A stretch of DNA of 64,000 nt from Pseudovirgaria hyperparasitica (lineage: Eukaryota), in the NCBI GenBank assembly GCA_010093815.1, contig ML996588.1; one strand, 5' to 3'. The translations under genes were made by a program, and so were the position numbers. The notes beneath the pieces are model-generated. The model saw nothing but the letters and a program-made list of their open reading frames with translations. It had not been told where the DNA came from and searched no databases. Numbering within the stretch: the first letter of the stretch is position 1; every line of letters begins with the position of its first letter. Below are positions 12,845 to 23,967 of this stretch, piece by piece.

Positions 12845-14952
12845 TTATGATGCGCCCGGTGGTTGTCCCTTGTTGCTCACATCCAATTTCCTTCCCTCAA
12901 AAGCCTCCTCTCTCGCCTTCTGTATTCTGTCGTCGCTGATGAGAAACTCCCTCGGGAACCACTGTGGTATCGCAGCATCGCCGCTTTGCATCAGATCTGC
13001 GAGAGCCTCAGCACACTTGAGCGCAAGTGCCATACCATGTCCATTGAAGCCAGCTGCAATGAACAACCCGGAGGATCCATTTCTACTTCGCTCTCCTACC
13101 TGATTCTGCGCTGCGCCTTCGAAGACCAGGGGCATGGGGACTTCTCCGATAAATGGCATATCATCCGGCGTGACCCCCATAATACCTGTCCACTCTCTTA
13201 CGACGTCTCTTCCTTTTACCGACTGTCCAGCATCATCACCATCACCATCATCACCATCACTATCATCACCATCACTATCATCACCATCACTATCATCACC
13301 ATCACCATCATCACCACCACCCCTATACCCCGTCCAGTGCTTTCCGAAATAAGCCCTGCCTATATCAGCCAAATACTCCGAAGTCGCCGGGTTCAGTTCG
13401 CTATCATCCACCGTGCCGTACTCGCTCGCTCCACTAGATGGCAAACGGCCCAGTCCTCCACCAATGATAATGTGTTGTTCTTCTCTCCCGGTCCCGTCGG
13501 AGTTACTACTCGTGCTGAGCCGTGGTATCATATAATCATAACCACCATCGTACATGAAACTGTACGTACTAGGCAGCAGTGTCGGAAGAGTGCTGCCCTG
13601 TGGCACTTTCAACGCAGCTATCTGACCTCGCAACGGTACGATGATGCTTTGCAGACTCGGCAACAAATTTGCCGTATAACCATTTGTTGCGAGCACGACG
13701 CGGCGTGCGTTTATGGTGCCTTGGGCAGTAGGTACGGCATATCTGAAATCCTGAGCTGGAGACGGCCAGGATGCGATAACACCAGTTACGGGCGTGTGGG
13801 TATACAGAGTCATGCCACGCGAAATACAGAGGCTCAATACGCCAGAAGTGAAGGCATATGCATTTATGGACCCTGCTTCGTATGCAAACGCACCATCAAC
13901 CTTCTCAGGGGCATGAATTCCACCCGGGGCTTTCTCAGGTCCGACTAGAAATTTGGTTACCGTCTTTTCAGCGTCTAGGATCTTATATGAGGCAGCAGCA
14001 TCAGCTGCGCCAAGATTGGACTGCAGAGTATGAATCGCATCGATGCCTGATGTGTACGTCGCTGGGTCATAGATGATATCCGTGGTTTGGCATGGACGAG
14101 ACGTGCACGCAATCAAGTGGGTAGATGCAAAGGCATGAGTGTCGCGGATGTTGGCGAGCTCGAGGCGGGCTATCTTTGCGGCTGTGGATGGAGAATGCGA
14201 AAGAACATGAGAAGGATAAGTACGATATGATGCTGCCTTAGTGTGGCCGCCTAGAATGGGTTAGAAAATGATAGCTTCTGAAATAACCAAAGAATCCATT
14301 CCCACCCCGGACAATGCACTGTCATGCGGATAAGTTCGAGGCGCTCTATATGAACGAATACAGAGGTGCTGAAAAAAGAGGACAAGAAGGGACTGAAGTC
14401 TCTTGAGGGTAGAAATATATGAGCCCAATTGGTATAATTCGAACTCGTTTACGTGAAATCTTTACATCCACCACGATCCTGTTTAAGCAGATCTTCAATG
14501 TACACCCATATGGGCAAAATTCGGAAGAGAGAATAGCGAATACAACTTTTGGTCAGTGACAATTGTTTGAGAGTCTTTAAACACATTCTATATACGACTG
14601 ACATGTGCGGGTGAAAGCGACGAAATTGGAAAACCTCATGACATATAGAAAGCAATAAATATGAGACATACGAAACCTTTGACTTACCATTCCTGCCTGT
14701 CGCCCCACCGACAGCATCCCTCGCTTCCAACATGACAATATCCTTCACACCCTTTTCCAGTAGATTCCAGGCAACCATAGCACCTGTGATGCCACTCCCA
14801 ATGATGACGGTATCAGCAGTCCTGGGGAGTGATTCTGTCGAACGATGGCGAGCAAGTGGTGAGGGCGGATGGTGCCAGTACGATTTGATGGGGATGGGAT
14901 GTGGAGGCTGAACGGGAATTTGTGCACGCGAATGCAGTTCTGGGTACGACAT
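12845..14952 (-). CDS. FAD-dependent oxidoreductase, DAO/PuuB-like family
   Basis: Exon 14952-14688 has SYW, IIGSGITG, LEAR..GGATGRNG. A 437-nt intron follows, then exon 14250-12845 (GHTKAA, LATNGYT, PLRGQI, WTGIMGVTPD, GFNGHGM). Confidence 0.9.
13233..13320 (-). repeat. Coding 15-bp/3-bp tandem repeat encoding (GDDSD/GDDGD)n
   Basis: catcaccatcactat units on the + strand, inside the oxidoreductase ORF. Confidence 0.85.
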
Positions 14953-15642
14953 GCTGGATAGCCAAAGAACACTTGAAGTGTGAATCAGGAGAAGACTATG
15001 AGATGGGGTAGGTGAATGTAAGGATCGAGAGTGGCTGTCTCACGCGTAGATTCGGATGCTAGACTGGAGAAGACAAGGAGATACGGAAGCGACCTTCGGC
15101 ATATATACCTGCAGTATGAAGAAGATGTTGCCTGGAGCAGCGATTAGGAGTCTGAACTACAACTAGAATGTGAAAAGTATGGGTGTCTTACGTCTATGTA
15201 CAAATGTAGCTACACTGGACTGATAAGATGGGATGGACGAGCCAAAAAAGTGGGTCGCGCACTCGCTGGTGCCCACCAACGGGCTTTCTAGCGAAAACTG
15301 ACAACGTCACGTCCTGCTTCACCTATAGGACATCCATGGATGACAGTGAATAATCAGGATGAGGTTGGCGAACAACTAATGCCCTTACATGTATGCAATC
15401 ACGACGTAAGGCCCTGGTCAACATAAGTTTAATTTCATTGTTATACAGCCCATCGATCCGGCGATGCGCCTCCTCCCACGATGATACCTACGCGACAGAC
15501 GAGCCCGCATACGAACGTACCCGCACGCATTGCAGTAATGTCGGCACCCTTATCGACCACGTATTATACATAGCACGACCGGCACAATCGTTGCTTCGTA
15601 TGCATGACGGGAACAAGGACGAGGAGAGGGGCCAGTGGCAGT

Positions 15643-16541
15643 CTATGCCTCCTCTGCGTTCTTCTTGTTCTTCTTCTTGCCAGATGTCATGGGTGCCTCG
15701 CCTGTCTTCTTCTGATGTACGATGAAGCGCGTGTAGCACTCCTCTCTATCCCACTCGAAGCCAGCGAGATATGGTGCGTCGAGTTCGTCGTCGGCCTGTG
15801 AAATCGTTGTTAGTATCGATATAAGAGAGAGGAATTAGAGGATACATGGCAGGACAATCGCTACGGACATGGAAGGTATGACCTGTTGTGCAGAGCCGAA
15901 GTCGGCGAGGAAAAACACTGTTCATGGACAATCACGTACCTTTTTCTTGAACTGCTTGTGGATTGCATCTAGTGCATCCTTAATAGTAACACCTTTGAGG
16001 TTGCGAGCGGTGACCTCCAGGCCCAGTGGAAAATGTAGGTCGATCTTCTTCACCTTAGGCATCACCAGAGGCTTTTTCAGCACCTCAGGCTCGCCGATCG
16101 ACGTTGGTGATGTGTTCAGCTTCCTAGCCTAGGTTAGTACCGCTGACATACCAGTGCAAAAAAGCTACCTGCGTAATGACGAGAAGGTAAGGTAGTTGGA
16201 ACGACGACAATGAAGCAAATCTTAAAGAGGACGAGTATAAGTAGAGCGGCTTACCAGTTAAGCTTTTGTGTTTCTGGTGCAATGGCAAGCTCGACGCCGT
16301 CCTTCTCTGTCGGAAGGCAGTCAGTATGGAACCCCTCAATATGAACCCCTCACCTAGGAGTCCTTCTCGGCAAGAATAGGTGATCATCAGGTGTAGGGCA
16401 TCGACGGGATGGAGCTGCGGTAGCTGACTCACCTAGATCATTGATGTTGAAGACATCTGCCGCGGTGCTGCTCTGTCGTCGCTTTGCTGGAGCATGAGTC
16501 TCACCAGTGGCGGAATCGACTTTGGAGAGTTCAGCTGCCAT
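15643..16541 (-). CDS. Conserved small fungal hypothetical protein (~165 aa, 4 exons)
   Basis: Exons 16541-16433, 16306-16255, 16123-15940 and 15795-15643 splice in frame: MAAELSKVDSA..RRQSS..DL|EKDGVELAIAPETQKLNW|KLNTSP..HFPLGLEVTARNLKGVTIKDALDAIHKQFKKK|ADDELDAPYLAGFEWDREECYTRFIVHQKK..*. All splice sites are canonical. Confidence 0.85.
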
Positions 16542-16994
16542 GATGGTAGAAGCGGTAGAGTGATGTTTGGTCAAGCTACAGGGAGTAGCTTGTAAAAGGA
16601 GATGATGATGATTGGATTATGTGCCTGCGGCGCTGGGTTGGAGATGATGCTTTAATTGGAAGTTGATGGATGGAAGAGGAGGATAAGGAGAAGAAGAAGA
16701 GGAGGAGGAGAGTGAGTGGAAGATGGAATGGAGGACAAGGTCATTGATCTTGCTGCGGCGGCGAGCGGGGTTGCGTGATGGCCTCCTGATCTGGAGCTTG
16801 GACAGGCACCTCAATCTCACTCAGCTTCCCCCAGATACACGCAACCGGCCTCGTGAATCTGGGCTAAACTCCGATCTCTCTTGATTGGGCCGGGACAGCG
16901 ATTATGAAGCTCTTACAACCATAGCTATGCCTGGCTGACCTACCTTTGCTTTTGCTTACACGCACTCGACCCACAGTCCCCTCCAGAATAGCGA

Positions 16995-17024
16995 CTCTAG
17001 TGAACTCTAGTGAACTCTAGTGAG
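16995..17024. repeat. 10-bp tandem repeat (CTCTAGTGAA)x3 in upstream region
   Basis: ctctagtgaactctagtgaactctagtgag is directly visible. Confidence 0.8.
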
Positions 17025-17599
17025 TCCGGGGAAATGCGGGGTAGCGCCAAATATGCGTGCAGCCTCAGGTGATGGTCACGCGACCATACGCACGTGTGTT
17101 GTGTGTGTGCGTAATTGTCATGCACGGTTCAGTATGCCCGCTGTCATCATTACACAGTAGCTCATAATCAGTTCCTTACTTTGTCGCTGAGTGTACTCAG
17201 TGTGTAGTGTTGTACTGTGTTTGGTCTGTGGTCCGCGGAATACTTGGCTTGCCTGGAGTCACACTCATCTCAAAGCAGTACACAGCATAGTACATCATAG
17301 AGTCGATTATTGTCGCGTTGATCTCTAGGCGGTATAGATGAGTCTGTTAGCGCTATTGTTGAACTAATGTAGGAGCTGCCGATGTAGTGAGTGTCATACA
17401 GCTTTGGCAGCTTACCGACATCGATTGATTGTTTAAAAAGTCCAAGATATCTATAACGCAATGATAGTATGAATATTTGTGTTGATACCAGGAGGAGAGA
17501 CTTAAGAGAAAAGCTAGACAATGATAATCACTTGAGTATCTCTATCGCGATAATGTGTTCAACGCCATCGGCGCCAATCTTTAGTTTTCTCAACACAGC

Positions 17600-19260
17600 C
17601 CAAGTGCTTGCACATGAAGTCTGCTTCTACGGCTGGTTTGCAGTTGGTCGTTGCAAGACCGACTCAGCGGTAGACCTTCTCGGCGGTAGACTGAGCCATG
17701 GACTCTACGGAGCATCAGGGCTTAAATTCGTGGCATTGACCTCTTATGAGCCATTACTACCTCGAGAGGAAGTAAAGTGACTAGGCATTGTGGCTCGACT
17801 ACGAATGAAGCATCGTCCTCGTAGAGGCTCAATCCACATTCTATCAGTGCATCATCATCATCATCATCGACGTAGAAGTAATATTTTGATCCCTCCTCCG
17901 GTCGATTACCGGTGTGAAACCACCGTCATATTTGCTAGGGGGTAGCGATATCACATCAAAAGGGCCTCCCTGTAGCGTGATAGATGTGGAAGCCAAGGGA
18001 CCAAACTTATCAGATCCGTTCTCAGGCACAATTGTTATTTTCAGAATCTCTGCAAGAGCACGGTCATCCTGCAAATGTTCCTCCTCTGGGAAATCCAATT
18101 TGAGAAACGTGATTTCACCTTGGTAGGATGCCCATGACCACGAGGATACACGCCACTCCTTTGTATAGTGGAAGCCTTGTCGCAGAAAGGTCATCCCATC
18201 CCCAATGGCATCCTTCCGGCCGTCATTCTCGTACCTGATCACCCCATAGTACCATGCAAGTTGTGAAAATAATTCATTGTACCACAAGCCTGCGACATAG
18301 TCGCAGCCCATCAGTGGGCTGAACTCTCGGGCAATTGCCGAGATAGCTGTTACTTCGTCTTTCGCTTGAGTAAGGTTCCTGTGAGTTCGCCTGTGACCGG
18401 GTCGCGATCCAGCCGCATATAAACCTCAACTGTAGTAATCCAAATTCGAAGGCCTTCTAGAGATATGTTCCGCGACGCATTAGCGTCGCTCGAAGCACCA
18501 AGTCTCCCTAACTCAATGAAAGTGTCGAAGCGAGTCTTTGCGGCCCGTACGTAATTATCACGCCCCTGAAACCGACGAGCCATCTCTATCACTGTGGCCT
18601 GACCACATTTCCATCGCAATAGTGAATTTGTAAAGTTAAGGATTCTTGGAGCGAGCAATCTCTGGATTCTGAATAAACCTCGGTAGGTTATGCGATGATT
18701 CGAAGTGAAGATAGCATACCTCCTGAAATACCAACCTCGCTTATTCAGTGGCTGATAATCAAGGCTAGGAGGATCATACATGAGATCCTTCCTTCTTCCA
18801 TGGTGTATACCATGGACTTTTGCGCAAGGGCCTATTGCTTCCTCGGTCTTCCCTCGAGGCACAGAAGGTCTCGGTCCGACCGTATTGATAGCATCGATGA
18901 ATTTTGGAAACTGGTTCAGTGATGGTGGTTCCTTCTTCCACTGGTCCGAAACTTCAACACCGGAGAGACTAATTTGAGAGCCCTTTAGACCCCATCGATG
19001 GGATAAAGTAGCATAACATACGCCTTCTGGGATATCGTCCCCCGTGACCAGTGATATGGTGTCAGAGCCAGCATGCAGATATAGCAGTCGGCTAGGTCGA
19101 AATGCTCTCTCCAGAGAATTGCGACAAGGCGTCCACACTTTTCGTGCTTGTTACGACAAGGTATTGAGTCAATATTTTGCCAGTACCATACACTCCTCTG
19201 ATCCGGTGGAGCGATTCGTGTAATAGGGCGCTGGCCCACTTACATCACCTTAAAAAAACA
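17600..19260 (-). pseudogene. Degenerate heterokaryon-incompatibility (HET domain) gene
   Basis: HET-protein landmarks occur across several frames: CRNKHEKC, RPSRLL, YATLSHRWG, PLNKRGW..(Q)E|RLLAPRIL, AISAIA..YVAGLW, SWSWAS, VYR*VGL (stop at 17664-17666). The central LWIDSLCIIQ motif is absent and there are frameshifts. Confidence 0.8.
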
Positions 19261-20289
19261 TTAGCAATGGGGATTAAATGCTAGAATAGAAGTAGGCATA
19301 TATCTTGACTGGCTATAGTTTCCTAAAGTGGGAATACTTCCGTGTGAATGACTTCCGTTCTTACAGCATGAAACTTTACTCGAGCATTAACAAGCACCCC
19401 TTGGACAGACCAGCGCGTCTTCAACTGCAAACTGTCTATAGCATTTGTCTGTCTCATACAACATTGAGTAGCAAGGCGCAGCCTACTACCTACAGACCAA
19501 GAGTACAGATTTACAGTTCGTACATAAGAAGGCGTCATGTGAACAAAGGCACCACACATCTGTAGGCAGAACTTTGACCATTCTAAGCTGAAGGTTTAGC
19601 GCTCAGCCTGATGGATTCTCCATACAACTGATGGATCTTGTGCGAACCCACGAGGAAGGCGCACCGATTTGTGCCGTTACACTGTGGCGGCTCTGAACAC
19701 AAACTGCCATGTTCGACAAAGTGAAGGGCTCGCACTGCGTTTGTATTCAAGTAAGAGACACATATCCGACAGTTTATTGCATAAATAATGCCATAATCCA
19801 GTCTCGGAACCGCAGGAAGGAGGCAAATACAGGCCGCACTGTACTCATGCCTGTTGGGCTCCGTGTAGGAGACACATAACATTTATCATGATGAAGTCGT
19901 GCCATCACCGGCATTGATTGGTCGAACAGAACCAAAGGCTGTGCCGGGTTTGGAAAGCCTTACTCCACCCCGACTCAATCTTGGACATCCTTATGACAAG
20001 CTTGACATGAAGATGGTATCTGCGCATACGTATGTTGTAATACAGTCCCTGTAACCATCAGGATGTTCATTTTGTTGAAGGAGGAACTACTCTTATTTAT
20101 CAGCTTCTGTACTCATACAACACTCACTAATACAACCAACACATTTCGTTCAACACAGATTTTTCTCGTGAGGCTGTAGCGAGTAGCAGGGGCACGATAA
20201 TACATCTCTTTGTGTATGTGCAGAAGCAGCTGCGCGCCACGTTACACACTTCTACATTGAACCGGATACCACAGAGTTTTTAGTGGCAT

Positions 20290-20665
20290 TCCGTTCTTCG
20301 CGCAAATTCTAAGTGTTCCATAAGCTTGTCTTATGCTCCGGAACGAGACAATGCGACGTACTACTACTATACAGGGTTCGATGACGATTCTTCTAAGAGC
20401 TGACGCTTATGCATATTGATAAAATAGACTGAACTAGACTTCGGCGTATGCAATCAGATGTAATTAGTCACTTTAAAAGTATAGAGTAAACTTGTAATCT
20501 ATACTAAGGGATTCGAACACTATTAACATCAGAGAGTAAGAATACTTCTATTAAGACATGTAGTTTTCTAGGCAATCTCACTATAGTATATGCATGTATA
20601 TAATATATTAGTAGTAATTACTAGACATGCTTCTTATGCACCTCTACTCGACTATATTCTAATGA
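20290..20665. other. AT-rich, TpA-enriched RIP-like degenerate segment
   Basis: Abrupt drop in GC with dense TA/TAG/CTA (e.g. gtatataatatattagtagtaattactag). No ORF. Confidence 0.6.
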
Positions 20666-20814
20666 ACATCCAGGGGGTCGAGAAATTCACATGATTGATG
20701 CATATTCATGGACCAATGGGACCATCTACAAACACTGGTACGCCACAGCACCGTGTCCAACCTATACAGGTGGACATCTACAAACACGAGACCAAAGCTA
20801 TCTTTCCAACTCTA

Positions 20815-22997
20815 CTATGATCCATTCGCAATTTCCACAACCCGATCTGCAGCCTCATCAAACCGATCAAACGCCTCCAACTTCAACCCACTCTCAGCAA
20901 TTATCCGCTGCCCCTCCTGCTCGTTCGTCCCCTTGATGCGCACCACCACCGGAATGCCCTTTTCCTGCAATCCCAACTCTTTGAACGCAAGCAATATGCC
21001 ATTAGCAATCATGTCGCCCAGCGTCAGGCCGCCGAAGATATTGACAAAGATCACCTTGACGCGGTCGTCGCGCAGGATCAGGTTGAAGGACTGCTTGACC
21101 GTCTCGGAGGTGGCCTTGCCGCCGGTGTCGAGGAAGTTGGCACTCTTGCCGCCATGGCTGTACAGTGCGTCGACGGTGTTCATGGCGAGGCCGGCGCCGT
21201 TGACGAGCGTGCCGATGTTGTGGGTGCGGTCGGATGAGGCGCCGAGCTTAACGTAGACAATGCCGTCCTTTTCGGCTTCGAGCTCGGCGGGGTCGACGGC
21301 GTCTCTGTCTCGAAGTGCGTGTATCTCTTGTTGGCGCTTCGCAGACTTGGGGGCGGAGTCGTCGAACATGAAGGACGGGTTGAAGATTTTGAGGGTGTCG
21401 GATTGGGTGTCGACAGAAACTGAGACGGTCAGGTCGATGGCTTCGGTGGCGGTGTACATCGTAGACAGGGTTTTGATGAGCTTATATGCTTGGCTTTTGG
21501 CGGCAGGGGGTGCGGCGTCGAGCTGTAGATGGGCGATGGCTTCTTCGATTAGAGTTTTGGAGGGTCCCTGGTGGTAATTGTAGGGGAAGCGCTTAGAGCG
21601 CTTTTCGAAGGTTGACATATCGGTAGAAGGAGAGACGAGGATTGACGGGGAGCGAGCAGAACGATCGACTGTGATGGAGAGGAAGCGTGCATCAGAATCG
21701 GAAGGGGTCGAGGAAGTGTTGATACCTTGTTTATTGAGGAGGTCTGAGGCTTGTTGAGCAGAGATGTTAAGAGATCGGCGCTGTATTGTGTGATTCACGG
21801 AAGAACTCGGAGGAGTCATGCGTAGTCTATTAATCATACGTGAAGTATGATATCCTCGCTTTTGAGAAGGCGTTGCTTTATCGGTCTGTTGGTGTCAGAA
21901 GGGATCGTGATCGCACGTTGCTGATGCTTACTATGTATTGCTCTCGCCCGCTCTGCTTCATGAGAGTCTTCATGAGACTGCCGAGCTTTGTAGGATGGTC
22001 TACAACAGGCACGCCCACATTCTTCAATATCTCGACCTTCTCATGCGCTAGTTTGTCTCCTGGTAGTGCAAAGGCGCCCGCATGGCCCATGATCGTACCC
22101 TGCCTCGCATGTACACCACCAATCACAGCCGCGATGGGCTTAGGATTCTTCACACGCTTCTTGTAGTCTGCGATCCACTCTGCAGCATCAGTTTCGGTTC
22201 TACCCCCTATCTCACCACACATTATGATTGCATGCGTGTCCGGATCAGTCTCAAAAGCCGTCAAAGCTTCGACAAAGTTGGTGCCAGCAACGATGTCTCC
22301 ACCCATACCGATCACTGTGCTCTGTCCTAGTCCAGCACTTGTGAGAGCACCGACTGTCTCGTAGCTTAAAGTGCCAGACTTCGCGATGATACCCACGTGA
22401 CCAGGTGCGAAACACGGCAGAGGCTGGAACCCGATCCGGCATCGACCAATAGCCGAGATGATTCCAGGAGCATTTGCACCCACCAGTCTCGATTTGGATT
22501 GTGTTTGTAGGATCGAGGATATCTTAACGGTATATTAGAGAAGACGACTAGAGAGACAGACACTGCTACAAGCTTACTCTCAGAATGTCGTGAAGTGGGA
22601 TGTGTTCGGCTACAGCTACAATGAGGGGGATTTCGGCCTCGATGGCCTCCTCTATAGCAGGAGCGGCCTGTCCAGCGGCCACGTAGATGGCTGTGGCATC
22701 AGGATTGAGCTTCTCCTTCGCTGCTCTCACGCTTGGTAGCACGGGTAGACCCAAATGTTCACTTTCAGTGTTTGGTTTCACACCACCCACAATGTTGGTC
22801 CCCCACTCGATGGAGGCTTTCGCATTCATGGTAGCCTGCTTTCCTGTGAATCCCTGAAACATGACACGCGTGTGGGCGCCAATCTGGAGGTTCTTGATCG
22901 TGTCCGCATAGTTGTCACGTGAATAAGTCACAGAGAAGCTCCGCCGTGCCAGAGACTTGGGCACGACGGACTTTTGTGAAGCTCTCAAGAGTAACAT
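20815..22997 (-). CDS. Succinyl-CoA synthetase-like alpha-beta fusion protein (~693 aa), mitochondrial-type N-terminus
   Basis: Exons 22997-22578, 22522-21932 and 21885-20815 join in one frame. Alpha motifs: QGFTGKQAT, VGGV, SGTLSYE, GQS..IGMGGD, GEIGG, MGHAGA. Beta motifs: NIGTLVNGAGLAM, ANFLDTGG, VNIFGG, VVVRIKGTN. Confidence 0.88.
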
Positions 22998-23967
22998 TGC
23001 GATTGGTTACCACAAAGGCATTCGAGGACGTATAGTACGAACGAGAGCTCAATTGCGGGAGAGGGGATCTATGGAAGGCAACAGAAACTGTGGCAAAGGA
23101 ACAAAAAGGAATCTAAAGAGGTATGAAAGCTTTACATGCAATGGTGAAATCATTTCCATCATTGAAGCCGGACGCCACGCATTCTTGTAGTTCCAGCTCG
23201 GCCGGGAATACCAAGAGTTGGGCAGGGCTACGGGAATAAGCGCACAGAGCATTGCTCGAAGAGAAGGCCGACCTCGGAATGCAAAGGATATCCGTGACGG
23301 CTGCCGATACTGCGAATAAGTATGTTCCGTGTGCTATGCAAGACTATACCCGCCTCTGCTGGGACACAATGCATGGAATACTAATTATTATTGTCAAAGC
23401 CGAAATGACGTGTGCCGGAAATCGGCTGTTATGTCTAGCTGCCCCTCCGAAAACCACGGCATTCAGAGGCACAACGTTCTGACACATGCGCAAGAGCTCC
23501 TGGCTTCCAAGCTGTTGTTGTTAGTATAACCATGAAACACGCTACAAACAATTTATAAGATTATTGAACTTTAGTCTAGACGATGGTATATCGCTTTGAA
23601 TATAATCTTACTAATATTATACTAACATAGAGGTCAATTGGCACTCTAATAACGAGACATACTGTGTTGGTGGCTCCGAGGCTCAAGACATGGAAAAGAC
23701 CAGGCATCCAGGCCCCAATACCACCGCCAAGACCACGGCCCCACTTGCGGAAAGCTTAACCCCACAATCTCAAAGCTGACGTCGGAAAACAATACTGGTG
23801 CAGTCTAGTCCACAGGCTGTGAGCAATACGATCCTCACAACTTCCTCCCTCTCAGCAGTATCTCTACCCTCCTGCATCCTCCACAGCATCAACCACTACA
23901 CCTCTCTATTCCTTCACAACAAACAGAATAACCTCCCATTCCAACGCCATCCCTTCCACCTCCCACA

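Noticed and set aside
12863..13948. 361-aa + strand ORF with (ITIIT)n repeat
   Set aside because: Antisense shadow of the FAD oxidoreductase. The repeat is the reverse reading of the GDDSD-coding repeat.
20815..21837. Separate SCS beta-subunit gene starting at ATG 21837
   Set aside because: Only ~40 nt separate it from the alpha ORF stop, leaving no promoter space, and a canonical 46-nt intron joins the two in frame.
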